A stretch of DNA of 64,000 bases, taken from NCBI GenBank assembly GCA_963823665.1, contig CAWGMQ010000010.1, forward strand, positions 672,001 to 736,000, read 5' to 3'. The position numbers and the translations under genes were made by a program. This document shows, one piece after another, positions 55,043 through 64,000 of this stretch. The notes beneath the pieces were generated by a model. It did not search any database and was not told the DNA's origin. It saw only the letters and a program-made list of their open reading frames with translations. Every line of letters begins with the position of its first letter. Positions within the stretch are counted from its first letter, which is position 1. This DNA is from an uncultured Planctomycetota bacterium. Its GTDB lineage: Bacteria > Planctomycetota > Planctomycetia > Isosphaerales > Isosphaeraceae.

Positions 55043-56304
55043 GTCAGCCCGCCGCCGCGCTTGAACGGGCCGTCGTGGGCTCGGAAACTCCCGAGCCGGG
55101 CGAGCGAGTCTACTTTCCCGAGCTGGACGGCATGAGGTTCATCGCCTTCCTGCTCGTGTTTCTCTTCCACCGGGGTGTCCCTTGGGCCTTGCTCACCCGA
55201 AGCTTCCAGACGGTGGCAGACGCGGTTAACTACTGTCTCCTCTACACCGGCGTTTCGTGGTGGTCGCTCTCGAACGAGTTCGGACGCACCGTCACCCGAC
55301 GCTTGCAGGAAAACGGTGGTTTCGGCGTCCAGCTCTTTTTCATCCTGAGCGGCTATCTGATCGCGACGCTCTTGCTGCGCGAAGAGGCCCGCTTTGGCCG
55401 CATCGCCCTGCGGGCATTCTGGATCCGGCGCATCCTGCGGATCTGGCCGCTGTATTACCTGGTCGTGGTCATCGGATTCTTCGTCCTGCCTCCGCTCCAG
55501 ACTCCATTCTATGTGCCGGATTATCTTTCCATGCTGAGGATACACCTGGTGCCGTTCTTGCTCTTCCTCGGCAACTGGTCGATGGTCTTGATCAACCCCA
55601 TTCCGTCCGACAGCTTGAGCGTGCTCTGGAGCGTTTGTGTCGAGGAGCAGTTTTACCTCGTTGTTCCACTTTTCATCGCGCTGGTGCTTCCTCGATTCAG
55701 AGTTCGACTGGTCGGATTTCTGCTCGTTGCCTCGATCGCCGTGCGCTACTGGAACGCTTCTCGATCCGGGTCGCCGCTTGCGATTGTTTATAACACGTTC
55801 GCCCAGTTCGACACGCTCTGTTCCGGTGTGCTGCTGGCACTGGTCATGGGTTGGAACCGCGACCGGCCGATCCTCACTCGCTGGCTGCGCTATCTGCAAT
55901 GGCCGATCTATGCGGCGACCCTGTGGCTCTTCAGCCAGCAGAAGCTGGGCCAGGGAACCGTCTGGCACCGGACGTGGGATTACGTCTGGGTGTGGATGTG
56001 CGGTGTCGCGCTGGTCATGGTGGCGATCTGGGGCCAGGGCTGGCTGCGCAGGGCGCTTTCGTATTCACGAATCGTGTGGCTGGGCAAGATCAGCTACGGA
56101 CTTTACATGTACCACGAGATTGCGATCTGGGTGCGAGAGCGAGTCATGTACAGGTCGGCGTGGTTCGCCAACCGGGACGAGCTCTTCGCGATCGGCACCT
56201 TTGCGCTCGTGATCGCGATGGCAGCGCTATCGTATTATGCGTATGAGCGCCGATTCTTGGTCTGGAAGCGAGCATGGACGCGGGTGCCGTCACGGCCGGT
56301 GTAG
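55039..56304 (+). CDS. Acyltransferase family 3 (OafA-like)
   Basis: YFPELDGMRF, GVQLFFILSGYLI, RRILRIWPLYY, WSVCVEEQFY and LGKISYGLYMYH. Confidence 0.95.
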   Translation: MSQPAAALERAVVGSETPEPGERVYFPELDGMRFIAFLLVFLFHRGVPWALLTRSFQTVADAVNYCLLYTGVSWWSLSNEFGRTVTRRLQENGGFGVQLFFILSGYLIATLLLREEARFGRIALRAFWIRRILRIWPLYYLVVVIGFFVLPPLQTPFYVPDYLSMLRIHLVPFLLFLGNWSMVLINPIPSDSLSVLWSVCVEEQFYLVVPLFIALVLPRFRVRLVGFLLVASIAVRYWNASRSGSPLAIVYNTFAQFDTLCSGVLLALVMGWNRDRPILTRWLRYLQWPIYAATLWLFSQQKLGQGTVWHRTWDYVWVWMCGVALVMVAIWGQGWLRRALSYSRIVWLGKISYGLYMYHEIAIWVRERVMYRSAWFANRDELFAIGTFALVIAMAALSYYAYERRFLVWKRAWTRVPSRPV

Positions 56305-56417
56305 ACAGAGGGCGTGTGCTCGTGCTCGTGACCACGGTCGTGAGACCTTGTTTCGGACGGGGCGAACGTCCTCCAACCTCGGGCGTAAGTCCGATCCTCG
56401 CGGGCGGCCGCACCAAC

Positions 56418-56440
56418 GTAGGTCAGGCTTTAGCCTGACG
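56418..56440. repeat. GTAG-type REP palindrome
   Basis: GTAGGTCAGGCTTTAGCCTGACG. Confidence 0.8.
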
Positions 56441-56445
56441 CCCAT

Positions 56446-56763
56446 TCACAAGGAAGTACTTCGCGAGGGCGGACGTTCGCGGGATTCCCTGGAGTCCATC
56501 CAACAGAAGAGCCAGCCAACCAGATGAGTTGGCACCACCACGAGACAGAATGGCCAGCAATTGACTCCCCAAAGCCGCTGCAGGCCCAGAAGGCCATCGC
56601 TCTCGACGACACCGGGTTTGAGCCCGTCCTTGATAATCGCAGCGTAGGTGGCAAACTCGATCTGAATCTCGGCGAGGACGCCCCAAAGATCGAACGTGAA
56701 AAGGAGATGCCGCAGGTAGCGCAGGTGGCCCTGAACGTTGACGTCTGCCAGAAGACCGCGCAC
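56446..56763 (-). pseudogene. Truncated DUF5615/PIN-like toxin
   Basis: VRGLLADVNVQGH N-terminal PIN-like strand directly after the DUF433 gene. Resemblance is lost after ~40 codons (~56640). Confidence 0.55.
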
Positions 56764-56764
56764 G

Positions 56765-57205
56765 TCAGGGCATCCCGCCGTAGGCGGCGTCACACTCGGC
56801 GAGCCATTGTTTGAGCGTCGGCACTCGACCGCCATTTGGTCGAGGATTTGGCGAGGCCGGCTCCTCGGCTTCAATCACAGGCGTCGACTGCTGGCGCTCG
56901 GCGAGCCAGTTCTTGAATCGCATGAAGTCCGCATGTGTTTTTTTGGACCGCTCGATCAATTCGGGTGAATTTCCAAGGCTGATCTTCGCCTCAATCTCGA
57001 GGTGTTTCGCCAGCACGGTATCCGCATGGTTCAGCACATAAGCCCGCGCAGCCGCGACTTGCTCCGGAGTCAATTCGTAGAGCTGGCAGATGTATGCCTC
57101 GGTGGCAGTTGAATCCAGGAAGTTAGGCAGCAGGTTGTAAACAGTGATGCGCGTGCCAACGATTTCAGGTCCGCGCCCTCGGTCGTGAATCAAGTCAGAT
57201 TCCAT
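56765..57205 (-). CDS. DUF433 family antitoxin-like protein
   Basis: GRGPEIVGTRITVYNLL...YELTPEQVAAARAY. Confidence 0.85.
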   Translation of the reverse strand: MESDLIHDRGRGPEIVGTRITVYNLLPNFLDSTATEAYICQLYELTPEQVAAARAYVLNHADTVLAKHLEIEAKISLGNSPELIERSKKTHADFMRFKNWLAERQQSTPVIEAEEPASPNPRPNGGRVPTLKQWLAECDAAYGGMP

Positions 57206-57272
57206 GTGGATGCCCCTTTCCGCTGTGCTGCACTGGTGCTGCGACAATCTTCGATTGGCGGGTCGGCCGCCT

Positions 57273-57323
57273 GGAGACCTTCGGTCGGTGAGGAGGGCGG
57301 GGTCAGGAGACCCGCGCCCAACA
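57273..57323. repeat. REP-like hairpin of a second family
   Basis: GGAGACCTTCGGTCG...GGGCGGGGTC-AGGA-GACCCGCGCCC-AAC, an intergenic imperfect hairpin. Single copy in this window. Confidence 0.4.
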
Positions 57324-57384
57324 ACCGCTCAATCGAAGATTGTCGGGACACTTGCCTGCCGAAGTCATTATAGCGGGCTCCGCT

Positions 57385-57750
57385 TCACTCGTGCAGCAAC
57401 GCACAAAGCTTTTTGGGCGCTACCAGCCGATAGGAGTCGCGCAGGAATTCGGCGATGTCATCCCAGTCGACCGCGCCGTCGAGCCAGATGCCGATCCAGC
57501 CGCTCGGGCCGACATACGGGGGAACGAAGAAGCAATCGGGCGCCGCAGCGACCATGGCGGCCTGTTCGCCGGGTGCGGCTTTGACCCAGGTGGCGTTCCG
57601 CCCGCGTCCGTGATGGTTGGAAGCGCTGGCGTACATCGCGAAGATCTTGTTCCGAACCCGGAAGGTTGGCTCGCCCCAGGCCTCGACCTCGTGCGCCTCG
57701 GGCAGGGCCAGGCAGAGCTTTCGCAGTCGCGGGAGCGGGGAGGCCGGCAT
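57385..57750 (-). CDS. MmcQ/YjbR family protein
   Basis: LALPEAHE..WGEPTFRVRNKIFA..FFVPPYVGPSGWIG..DSYRLVAPKKL. Confidence 0.92.
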   Translation of the reverse strand: MPASPLPRLRKLCLALPEAHEVEAWGEPTFRVRNKIFAMYASASNHHGRGRNATWVKAAPGEQAAMVAAAPDCFFVPPYVGPSGWIGIWLDGAVDWDDIAEFLRDSYRLVAPKKLCALLHE

Positions 57751-57805
57751 CAGAATTGCCTTGAGGCCCAGAGATAGACTCGATCCCTATCACAATCGAT
57801 CCGGC

Positions 57806-58420
57806 TCACACGTCACTTTCCGGTCTTCGGCGCGCGCGTCCCGTTCTTTCGACCGTCGGAAACTCCCGTCCCACCAGAGAATATCCGGGCTTAGCCTTCA
57901 CCAGATTCCCAATGGACAGATGCTGCTCGCAGCGGGTAAGAAAGATCGAGAGCCCGGGTACCAAGATCGAAACATGGAAGTTCCAGCGATCCTTGGTGTG
58001 AATGACGAACCACGAGTTCATCGAGCTGTACGAAAGCCTTTCGACCCGGTTCCAAGGGACGAATCGACTCGGACGCCAGGGTGAGCGGCAATCGAGACCG
58101 TCCTCCGAGATGCCGAGAGCAAACCGGAGCGCTTCCCACAGTAGCGGCCCGCCGAGTGAGCCAAACAGGGCGAACAGGCCGATGATCGCGAGGACGTCGG
58201 CCCTGTTCTTCGGCGGCTTGAATACGATGAGCGCCGTGATGGCCAGCGGAACGCCGAAACCCATCAACAGCGCGAATCCGCGAAAGATCGCGCTGTGACG
58301 GAACCAGACCACGCCTGTCTCCGCGTCGAGCTTGGGCCGCCCGCGCTGCGCGACCAAATAGAGCAGGCCAAGGAAACCTAGCACGAGCAATGAGGTAATC
58401 AGTTGCTGATATCGTGCCAT
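57806..58420 (-). CDS. Hypothetical 3-TM protein with a PH-like C-terminal domain
   Basis: Three TMs, then ISEDGLDCRSPWR..FVPWNRVERL. Confidence 0.65.
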   Translation of the reverse strand: MARYQQLITSLLVLGFLGLLYLVAQRGRPKLDAETGVVWFRHSAIFRGFALLMGFGVPLAITALIVFKPPKNRADVLAIIGLFALFGSLGGPLLWEALRFALGISEDGLDCRSPWRPSRFVPWNRVERLSYSSMNSWFVIHTKDRWNFHVSILVPGLSIFLTRCEQHLSIGNLVKAKPGYSLVGREFPTVERTGRARRRPESDV

Positions 58421-58632
58421 GTAATGATTTCTCCGGTCGGCGATTCAACGCTGCCTGAATCTGGCTACCCTTTCCGTGACGACCCTGGTATGTAGCGGTG
58501 CGGCAAATGTTTCGCGATGCTCTTTGCCGGATAACAATTCGATTCGCGCCGTATGAGGGAATCATCTTAGCCCAGCGGTCGCCCGCCCTCCATGAAGCGG
58601 TGGGGAGAAGCTTTCGGGGACGCGAGCAGGCG

Positions 58633-58884
58633 CTATTGGTTCGGATTCAACAATCCGCGGGATTTCTTGGCGGTGGTTCTGCCGGTGCGGAGCTTCCCCT
58701 GTTTTGTCGCTCCAAGAATCCGAAGGAGTGAAGCCAGAACCGGGCTCTCGCCCGACCCGGCAGGGCTCGGCACCGCGCCCGCAGTCATTCTTTTTTCGAG
58801 CCATTCGATGGGGTCATCCCCAGTCGCGGTTAGAGAGCGGTGCAACTCCTTGCGAATTGTGTCCAGTTTTTTCGGACCGATCAT
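58633..58884 (-). CDS. Small hypothetical protein coupled to the upstream HExxH gene
   Basis: ATGA overlap at 58881-58884; basic C-terminus. Confidence 0.6.
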   Translation of the reverse strand: MIGPKKLDTIRKELHRSLTATGDDPIEWLEKRMTAGAVPSPAGSGESPVLASLLRILGATKQGKLRTGRTTAKKSRGLLNPNQ

Positions 58885-59372
58885 AACATCGCCTCAAATA
58901 GGTCCCACAGTTCCTGAAGCCGAGCTGTCGCTACCTGCAAATCGTCGCCGTGATCGAGCAGCTCGACTGTTGCCTTGGCCACCAATGCATCCCGGTCCGT
59001 CTGAACGCCCACGATCATGGCTCCGAGCGGGGACGCCAGGACTTCCTCGCTTTCGGGCGAAATTCGGCCTTCGACCCGCTTGCTAATCCGTCGATGACGC
59101 GCCAGGAGTTGGTGGCCTCGCTCGTGCGCGAGGATCGCTCGGAGGGTGAAATCCTCTGGGTCCGCATCGCGCTCAAACGCTTCCGCATAAACGATGAGCA
59201 AATCCTCCGCAACCGTGCTTCCTCGTCCAAATTGGGCACCCCCGCTGTGGCTGTAAACATGACGGTACTCGATGCGTCCGACGAATCCCAGCGTGCGTGC
59301 GATTCGAGCGATTCGCTCGCGACGGCCACGACGTTGTAGAGGGGTGAGACGCGGCGGTGATGAGTTTGCCAT
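58881..59372 (-). CDS. Hypothetical HExxH zincin-like protein
   Basis: AILAHERGHQLL followed by SEEVLAS (candidate third metal ligand). Confidence 0.6.
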   Translation of the reverse strand: MANSSPPRLTPLQRRGRRERIARIARTLGFVGRIEYRHVYSHSGGAQFGRGSTVAEDLLIVYAEAFERDADPEDFTLRAILAHERGHQLLARHRRISKRVEGRISPESEEVLASPLGAMIVGVQTDRDALVAKATVELLDHGDDLQVATARLQELWDLFEAML

Positions 59373-59545
59373 GAACGAGCCGTATATCCAAGGCTACCGC
59401 AATCGATTGTTTTCAGGAAGGCGAGGCTCCGGCTGTCACGAGTGGCGGAGACGACCATCGCTACCTCCGGCCAGGCCTAGAGTTTTCGCAGTCGAAGGCG
59501 CGGGGATCTGGCCTTCTCGAAGCGCACGGAATCGAGGTGAGATCG

Positions 59546-60863
59546 TCAGCCTTTGAACTTCGACACCATTTCCTTCGGAAGCCGCGCGAGCAATTCCGCA
59601 GGAAATGTCCCGCGACTGACATCCTCGGGACAATACTCGTTAATTGCCTCTTGGGCGAAGCGGGCGCTATAGAACTGGCACTGTAAAAGATAGTTGCCGC
59701 CGTCGAAAGTCCACACCTCATCGGCCGCTTTGGGATAGACGAACCATTTCGAGTCTTTTTTGAACAGCGGCCGGATCGGGCTCCAGGCCCGGTTGCCACA
59801 CTCGATCACGCAGTGTACTTCCTGGTCCTTCTCTGAGAGCTTGACCACGTAAGCTCCTCCAAAAAGCGGATACGTGCCAACTTTCGTGATGGCTTTCGCT
59901 GCCGGTCCCGCATCCGCCGCCTCCTTCTTTCTTGCCTTCAGATGCGCATCGAACCAGTCGGCGATGATGGGGATATCTGTTTTTAGCAGATCGCCCCAGC
60001 CGTGGGCGGCGCCTTTCTTGACGACCAGCTTGGTTTCCACGCCGGCGGCCTTGAGCTTATCCAGGAAGATCTCGGCCTGCTGGATCGGCACCAGCTTGTC
60101 GGCATCGCCGTGGATGATCAGGGTCGGTGGGTCGTCGGAGGAGACGTGATTCACGGGGCTGATCTGGCGGCCGAGCTCGAGGATCCGGTTTTCGTCGGTG
60201 ATCGGTCGGAAGACCTTGGTCTCTCGATCCTGCTCCTGGAAATCGAACGGGGGCTTGAAGCCCGACAGGATGCCTCGGCCAATGGCGTTTTCGCCCGGCT
60301 TGCCGTAGTTGAGGAAATCGGTGGGCGGGAAGAAGCAGCCGACGGCCTGGACGCGGCTTGATGTCTGGTCGACCGGATCGCGGGCTTTCTTGTCGCCCAG
60401 GTCGCTGGCGGCTCCCAGCATGAGCGAGAGATGGCCGCCGGCGGAGCCGCCCGTCACGCCGATGCGATCGGGGTCGATCTGATAGTCCTTGGCATGATAG
60501 CGGATGAATCGGACCGCCCGATTCATGTCCTGGGTGACTTCGGGAATCGTGAATCGCGGCTGGCTGCCGTGCACGACGGCGAAGACGGTGTACCCGCGCT
60601 TGAGAAACTCCTCGATGGGCGGGGAGCTGATGGCTTCATGGGCCGAGAACCAGCCGCCGCTCACAACCCAGATGATGGCGGGACCGTGCTCGCTGTAGTT
60701 GGGGTTGTCCCTCGGCGTGAAGACGTCCATGGTGATGCGCCATGCCCCATTTTCGGCCGTAGACCACATCGGTCTGGCGGTCGTAGGCGGGTGGATCGGC
60801 CGCGAATGCGGTGTGAGCAAACGAAACGACGGCCAGCGCGGCCGGAATCATCATGCGCAGCAT
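59546..60863 (-). CDS. Secreted alpha/beta hydrolase / peptidase S9-like with a C-terminal extension (frameshift at ~60740)
   Basis: Signal peptide plus DVVYGRKWGMA in ORF 60636..60992, then TMDVF, SGGW, GGSAGG, HGDADKLVP and HGW. Confidence 0.88.
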
Positions 60864-61304
60864 TTTCGGAGCTCCACGACGGCGAGTCGGCTTCTCGAGC
60901 CCTTTTCGCCTTTTGAATTCCAGTTGAACGGTCGAGATCCTCAATCTTTTGCGGAGATGCGCGACTGCCGGGATCGCGAGCCGCTTCCGCACACAACCAG
61001 GAGATCATCTCACCCCGGCGGTTTGCTCGCAATCCATGACAAAGACTTTGAACGCCAACGACTTCGACGAGGCGCAAGCCGCCGCACGCGTTCCCCAGCC
61101 TCGATTGTTAAGCAATGTTGTAACAAAATGTCGGAACAGCACATCGGCGTTTGACGCTAATTAATTAGTAGTGCGGAGTGATATCGCGTAGTCGCGAGAA
61201 CGTGGGTTCTCGGCGTTTGCGAGAGATCGCTCGGTACAAACATATGATATTCGACCTGTTATCATCGTTTGTAAAGATATGCTATCGTGCCGGGAGCTAC
61301 AGGT

Positions 61305-61472
61305 ATGCCGAACTGGTCGCCGATATTCGCGTATTTTGGTCCGGAGGTGCAGTTTCCGGTCCTATCAATACTAGGTGCGATGTCGGGGTTGCTCATGCTC
61401 GTCGGTGGGGCGCCGTATCGCCGGATCAGACGATGGGTTTACGACCGGAAGGGGCGTGAACCCGCATCCTGA
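61305..61472 (+). CDS. Small membrane peptide
   Basis: MPNWSPIFAYFGPEVQFPVLSILGAMSGLLMLVG followed by a basic tail; directly upstream of the sulfatase. Confidence 0.55.
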   Translation: MPNWSPIFAYFGPEVQFPVLSILGAMSGLLMLVGGAPYRRIRRWVYDRKGREPAS

Positions 61473-61498
61473 GATCGGAGGTGGCCGGAGAGGCTGAG

Positions 61499-63445
61499 AT
61501 GGCGCGAACGAGCCGAGGTGACGCCGGCGAGAACGGGCGCGGCGACGTGGAGCTGCGGTGTGCCGAGACGATCGGCTGGTGGTGGCCACTTGTGATTGCG
61601 CTCTGGTTCGGTCTGGTGGCTGGCTTGCTCGAGCTGTTGCTCCTGGTGATTCGCGTCGAGCTGCTCGAAGCGGGCTTCTTTCTGCGGAGCCGGCATTTCG
61701 TGTGGATGGTCCCGCTCTCCGACGTGCTGATCTTCGGAGCGGTGGGAATCTTGATGGTGGTGCCCTGGCCGTACATCGGGCGGCTTCCGGTTCGAAACAC
61801 ATTCGCGTTGCTCCTTTTCCTCGGCCTGATGAGCCAGCTTTTGCTGTTGCGCGGGGTCAATTTCTTGTCCTGCGCGCTCTTCTCGGCGGGGTTGGCCTAC
61901 CAGGTGTCACGGCGGTTCGCCTCGAACTGGCGAGGTTTTGCCAGTGCGATTCGATGGTCGGCGCCTCTGCTGGCAAGCATCCTGGCCGGAGTTCTGGCTG
62001 TGGCCGTTCTGAGGAACGCCGGCGGTTCATCCACTGTCCCCGGCAGAACGGTTGCGGAGCGCGGCGCACCGAATGTGCTTTTGATCGTGTTGGACACTGT
62101 TCGGGCCGATCACCTGAGCGTCTACGGATACCACCGCGAGACGTCGCCGCGGCTGGAAGGGCTGGCCGCGCGAGGCGTTCGATTCGACCTCGCGCGTTCC
62201 ACCGCGCCCTGGACGCTGCCTTCGCACGCCAGTATGTTTACTGGTCGATGGCCGCATGAGCTTGGTGTCGAGCGGCTCGGCTGGCTGGACGGCGGCAGTC
62301 CAACGCTCGCGGAGCACCTGCGCTCGCGCGGCTACGAGACCGCCGGCTTCGTGGCCAATACGTTTTTCTGTGGTCATGAGTCAGGCCTCGATCGCGGCTT
62401 CGACACGTATCAAGATTATCCAGTCGGACCGGCGGCGGTTCTTCGGTCATCGAGCATGGGTTGGCTACTCGCTCAAACCGCAAGCCGTGTGTGCGGTGAG
62501 CTCGCCTGGCTTTTTGGGGGTGTTCCCGGCGCAGGAATCACTCTCGATTTCGCTCGCAAGGAAGCGGGCACGGTCAGTGCCGAGTTCCTGGGCTGGCTGG
62601 ACAGGAAGCGGTCGCGGCCATTCTTTGCGTTTCTCAATTACTTCGACGCGCACGATCCCTATCTCCCGGTCCGTGATGGTCGGATCGTTCTCGATTCCGC
62701 TCGCAAATCGCGTGCGGCCTACGCGATGCTGCGCGACTGGCAGAAGTTGAAGAAAGACGAGCTCACCACCGCGGATCGCGGCCTGGCGCTGTCGGCGTAC
62801 GACGAATGCATCGCGGCACTCGACCGCGAACTGGGTAAGCTATTCGATGAGCTTGAGCGCAGGGGCATTCTCGATGACACGCTGCTGATCGTGACCGCCG
62901 ATCACGGCGAACAGTTCGGCGAACACGGCGATTTCGGACATGGGTTCAGCGTCTATCAACCAGAGGTCCACGTGCCGCTCTTGATCCATTTCCCGCGCAA
63001 GGTTCCGCAGGGGCATGTTGTTCGTGAAGCCGTCAGCCTGCGCGATGTGCCTTCGACCGTTCTTGAACTCGCGGGTCTCGACGCTCGCTCGCCGCTTCCG
63101 GGCAAGTCGCTCTCCGCATTCTGGCAAGGGAGCGAGCCAGCGTGCCCGCGCGAGGCATCGGCGCCTCTCTCGGAGCTCGCCGCACCGATCGAAACCGCGA
63201 GCTCCAGGCCCGCTCCTCCGGACTTCACAGGCTCGGTGCAGTCCGTCGGCGCCGGCCGGCACGTCTTCATCCGCCACGCCGGAGGTGCCGAAGAGCTGTA
63301 TGATCTTGAAGCCGACCCCGAGGAGCGATCGAACCTGATCGATTCTGCGAATGTCGAGCTGGTCGCGCGGCTTCGACGGTTGCTCGAGGAGCAGCAGGGC
63401 GGGTGCAGTTCTCAGCCGCCCGTGTCGTTCCTCATCGACCCGTGA
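61499..63445 (+). CDS. Membrane-anchored sulfatase-family protein
   Basis: N-terminal TMs, NVLLIVLDTVRADH, WTLPSHASMFTG, NYFDAHDPY, TADHGE.FGEH, HVPLLI and ELYDL..DP.E. Confidence 0.92.
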   Translation: MARTSRGDAGENGRGDVELRCAETIGWWWPLVIALWFGLVAGLLELLLLVIRVELLEAGFFLRSRHFVWMVPLSDVLIFGAVGILMVVPWPYIGRLPVRNTFALLLFLGLMSQLLLLRGVNFLSCALFSAGLAYQVSRRFASNWRGFASAIRWSAPLLASILAGVLAVAVLRNAGGSSTVPGRTVAERGAPNVLLIVLDTVRADHLSVYGYHRETSPRLEGLAARGVRFDLARSTAPWTLPSHASMFTGRWPHELGVERLGWLDGGSPTLAEHLRSRGYETAGFVANTFFCGHESGLDRGFDTYQDYPVGPAAVLRSSSMGWLLAQTASRVCGELAWLFGGVPGAGITLDFARKEAGTVSAEFLGWLDRKRSRPFFAFLNYFDAHDPYLPVRDGRIVLDSARKSRAAYAMLRDWQKLKKDELTTADRGLALSAYDECIAALDRELGKLFDELERRGILDDTLLIVTADHGEQFGEHGDFGHGFSVYQPEVHVPLLIHFPRKVPQGHVVREAVSLRDVPSTVLELAGLDARSPLPGKSLSAFWQGSEPACPREASAPLSELAAPIETASSRPAPPDFTGSVQSVGAGRHVFIRHAGGAEELYDLEADPEERSNLIDSANVELVARLRRLLEEQQGGCSSQPPVSFLIDP

Positions 63446-64000
63446 ACTTCAGGCTGGCGATGGGCTCCCTTGGTGCCTTTCGAGCGGAACCGCGACTTCT
63501 GCGATACGAGCCGGATCCGTTCGGTACGATGAACAGTTCCTCTCGAAGGCCGCCCGACCGCCGGATGCCGTCCGCTCCTCTGGGCCGCCGCACCACCGGT
63601 CGGCGACGCCGGACCAGTCGGCCGCGGGTAGCTGCCCCGGCGCAGCGGGGTCAGCCTGACCCGGCACGGCGTCTTGTGGAGCAGCTCGGCGAGTCTTGAA
63701 AGTGCGCTCCCGTTCTGGGTCCAACCCGACCGCAAGTCGAGTCGCGTGAACCAGCACGTTGGTATTCGGCTCTGAACGCGATTAAAATCAGTTCGGCGGG
63801 CGAACGGAGGCCATCGCGGGCCGCGGCTCCCGTCCCTCTCGAGCGCGGCGCGGGGGAACTCACCAAGGTGCGCGTCAGCGAACTCGGAACGTCCTCCGGA
63901 CACGGTAACCCAACACTGCCCGGAGAACGTGAAATCGAGACCAAGCAAGAGACTGGAAGGAATCCGATGACCCACGGCGTGCAATCGATGCCGAGCCCGT

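Noticed and set aside
63446..64000. Gene or structured RNA at the right edge
   Set aside because: The ORFs lack motifs and no known RNA signature was recognised. Context is cut off by the window end.

Overview
This is a high-GC bacterial chromosomal window, most likely from a planctomycete (Isosphaeraceae-like). The evidence is the DUF1549/DUF1553 plus DUF1501 genes, three ECF sigma factors, two Ser/Thr kinases (one coupled to an ECF), a sulfatase and GTAG-type REP palindromes. About a dozen single-base frameshifts hit otherwise intact genes and are probably assembly indels. From left to right: (1) an ECF sigma / membrane Ser/Thr kinase locus followed by two kinase-less copies of the kinase's own TM + beta-propeller ectodomain (2.3-9.5 kb); (2) an AAA ATPase + DUF4276 pair whose second gene is interrupted by a 148-bp MITE with a TTA duplication; (3) a coupled two-gene module of a small protein ending IQGG-CGPVR and a partner with a Cys/Asp-containing C-terminal domain, a candidate minimal ubiquitin-like system (12.3-13.4 kb); (4) a ~14.6-kb capsid-less, PICI-like integrated element (19.3-33.9 kb). 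The element has a tyrosine integrase, excisionase-like genes, a P4-type primase-helicase, a PLD-like gene, two terminase-small-subunit-like genes, a three-gene cargo operon ending in a PIN protein and an XRE regulator, and it sits just upstream of mutS. (5) Ordinary signalling and metabolic genes from 34 to 64 kb. Family assignments come from motif recognition only; no searches were run.
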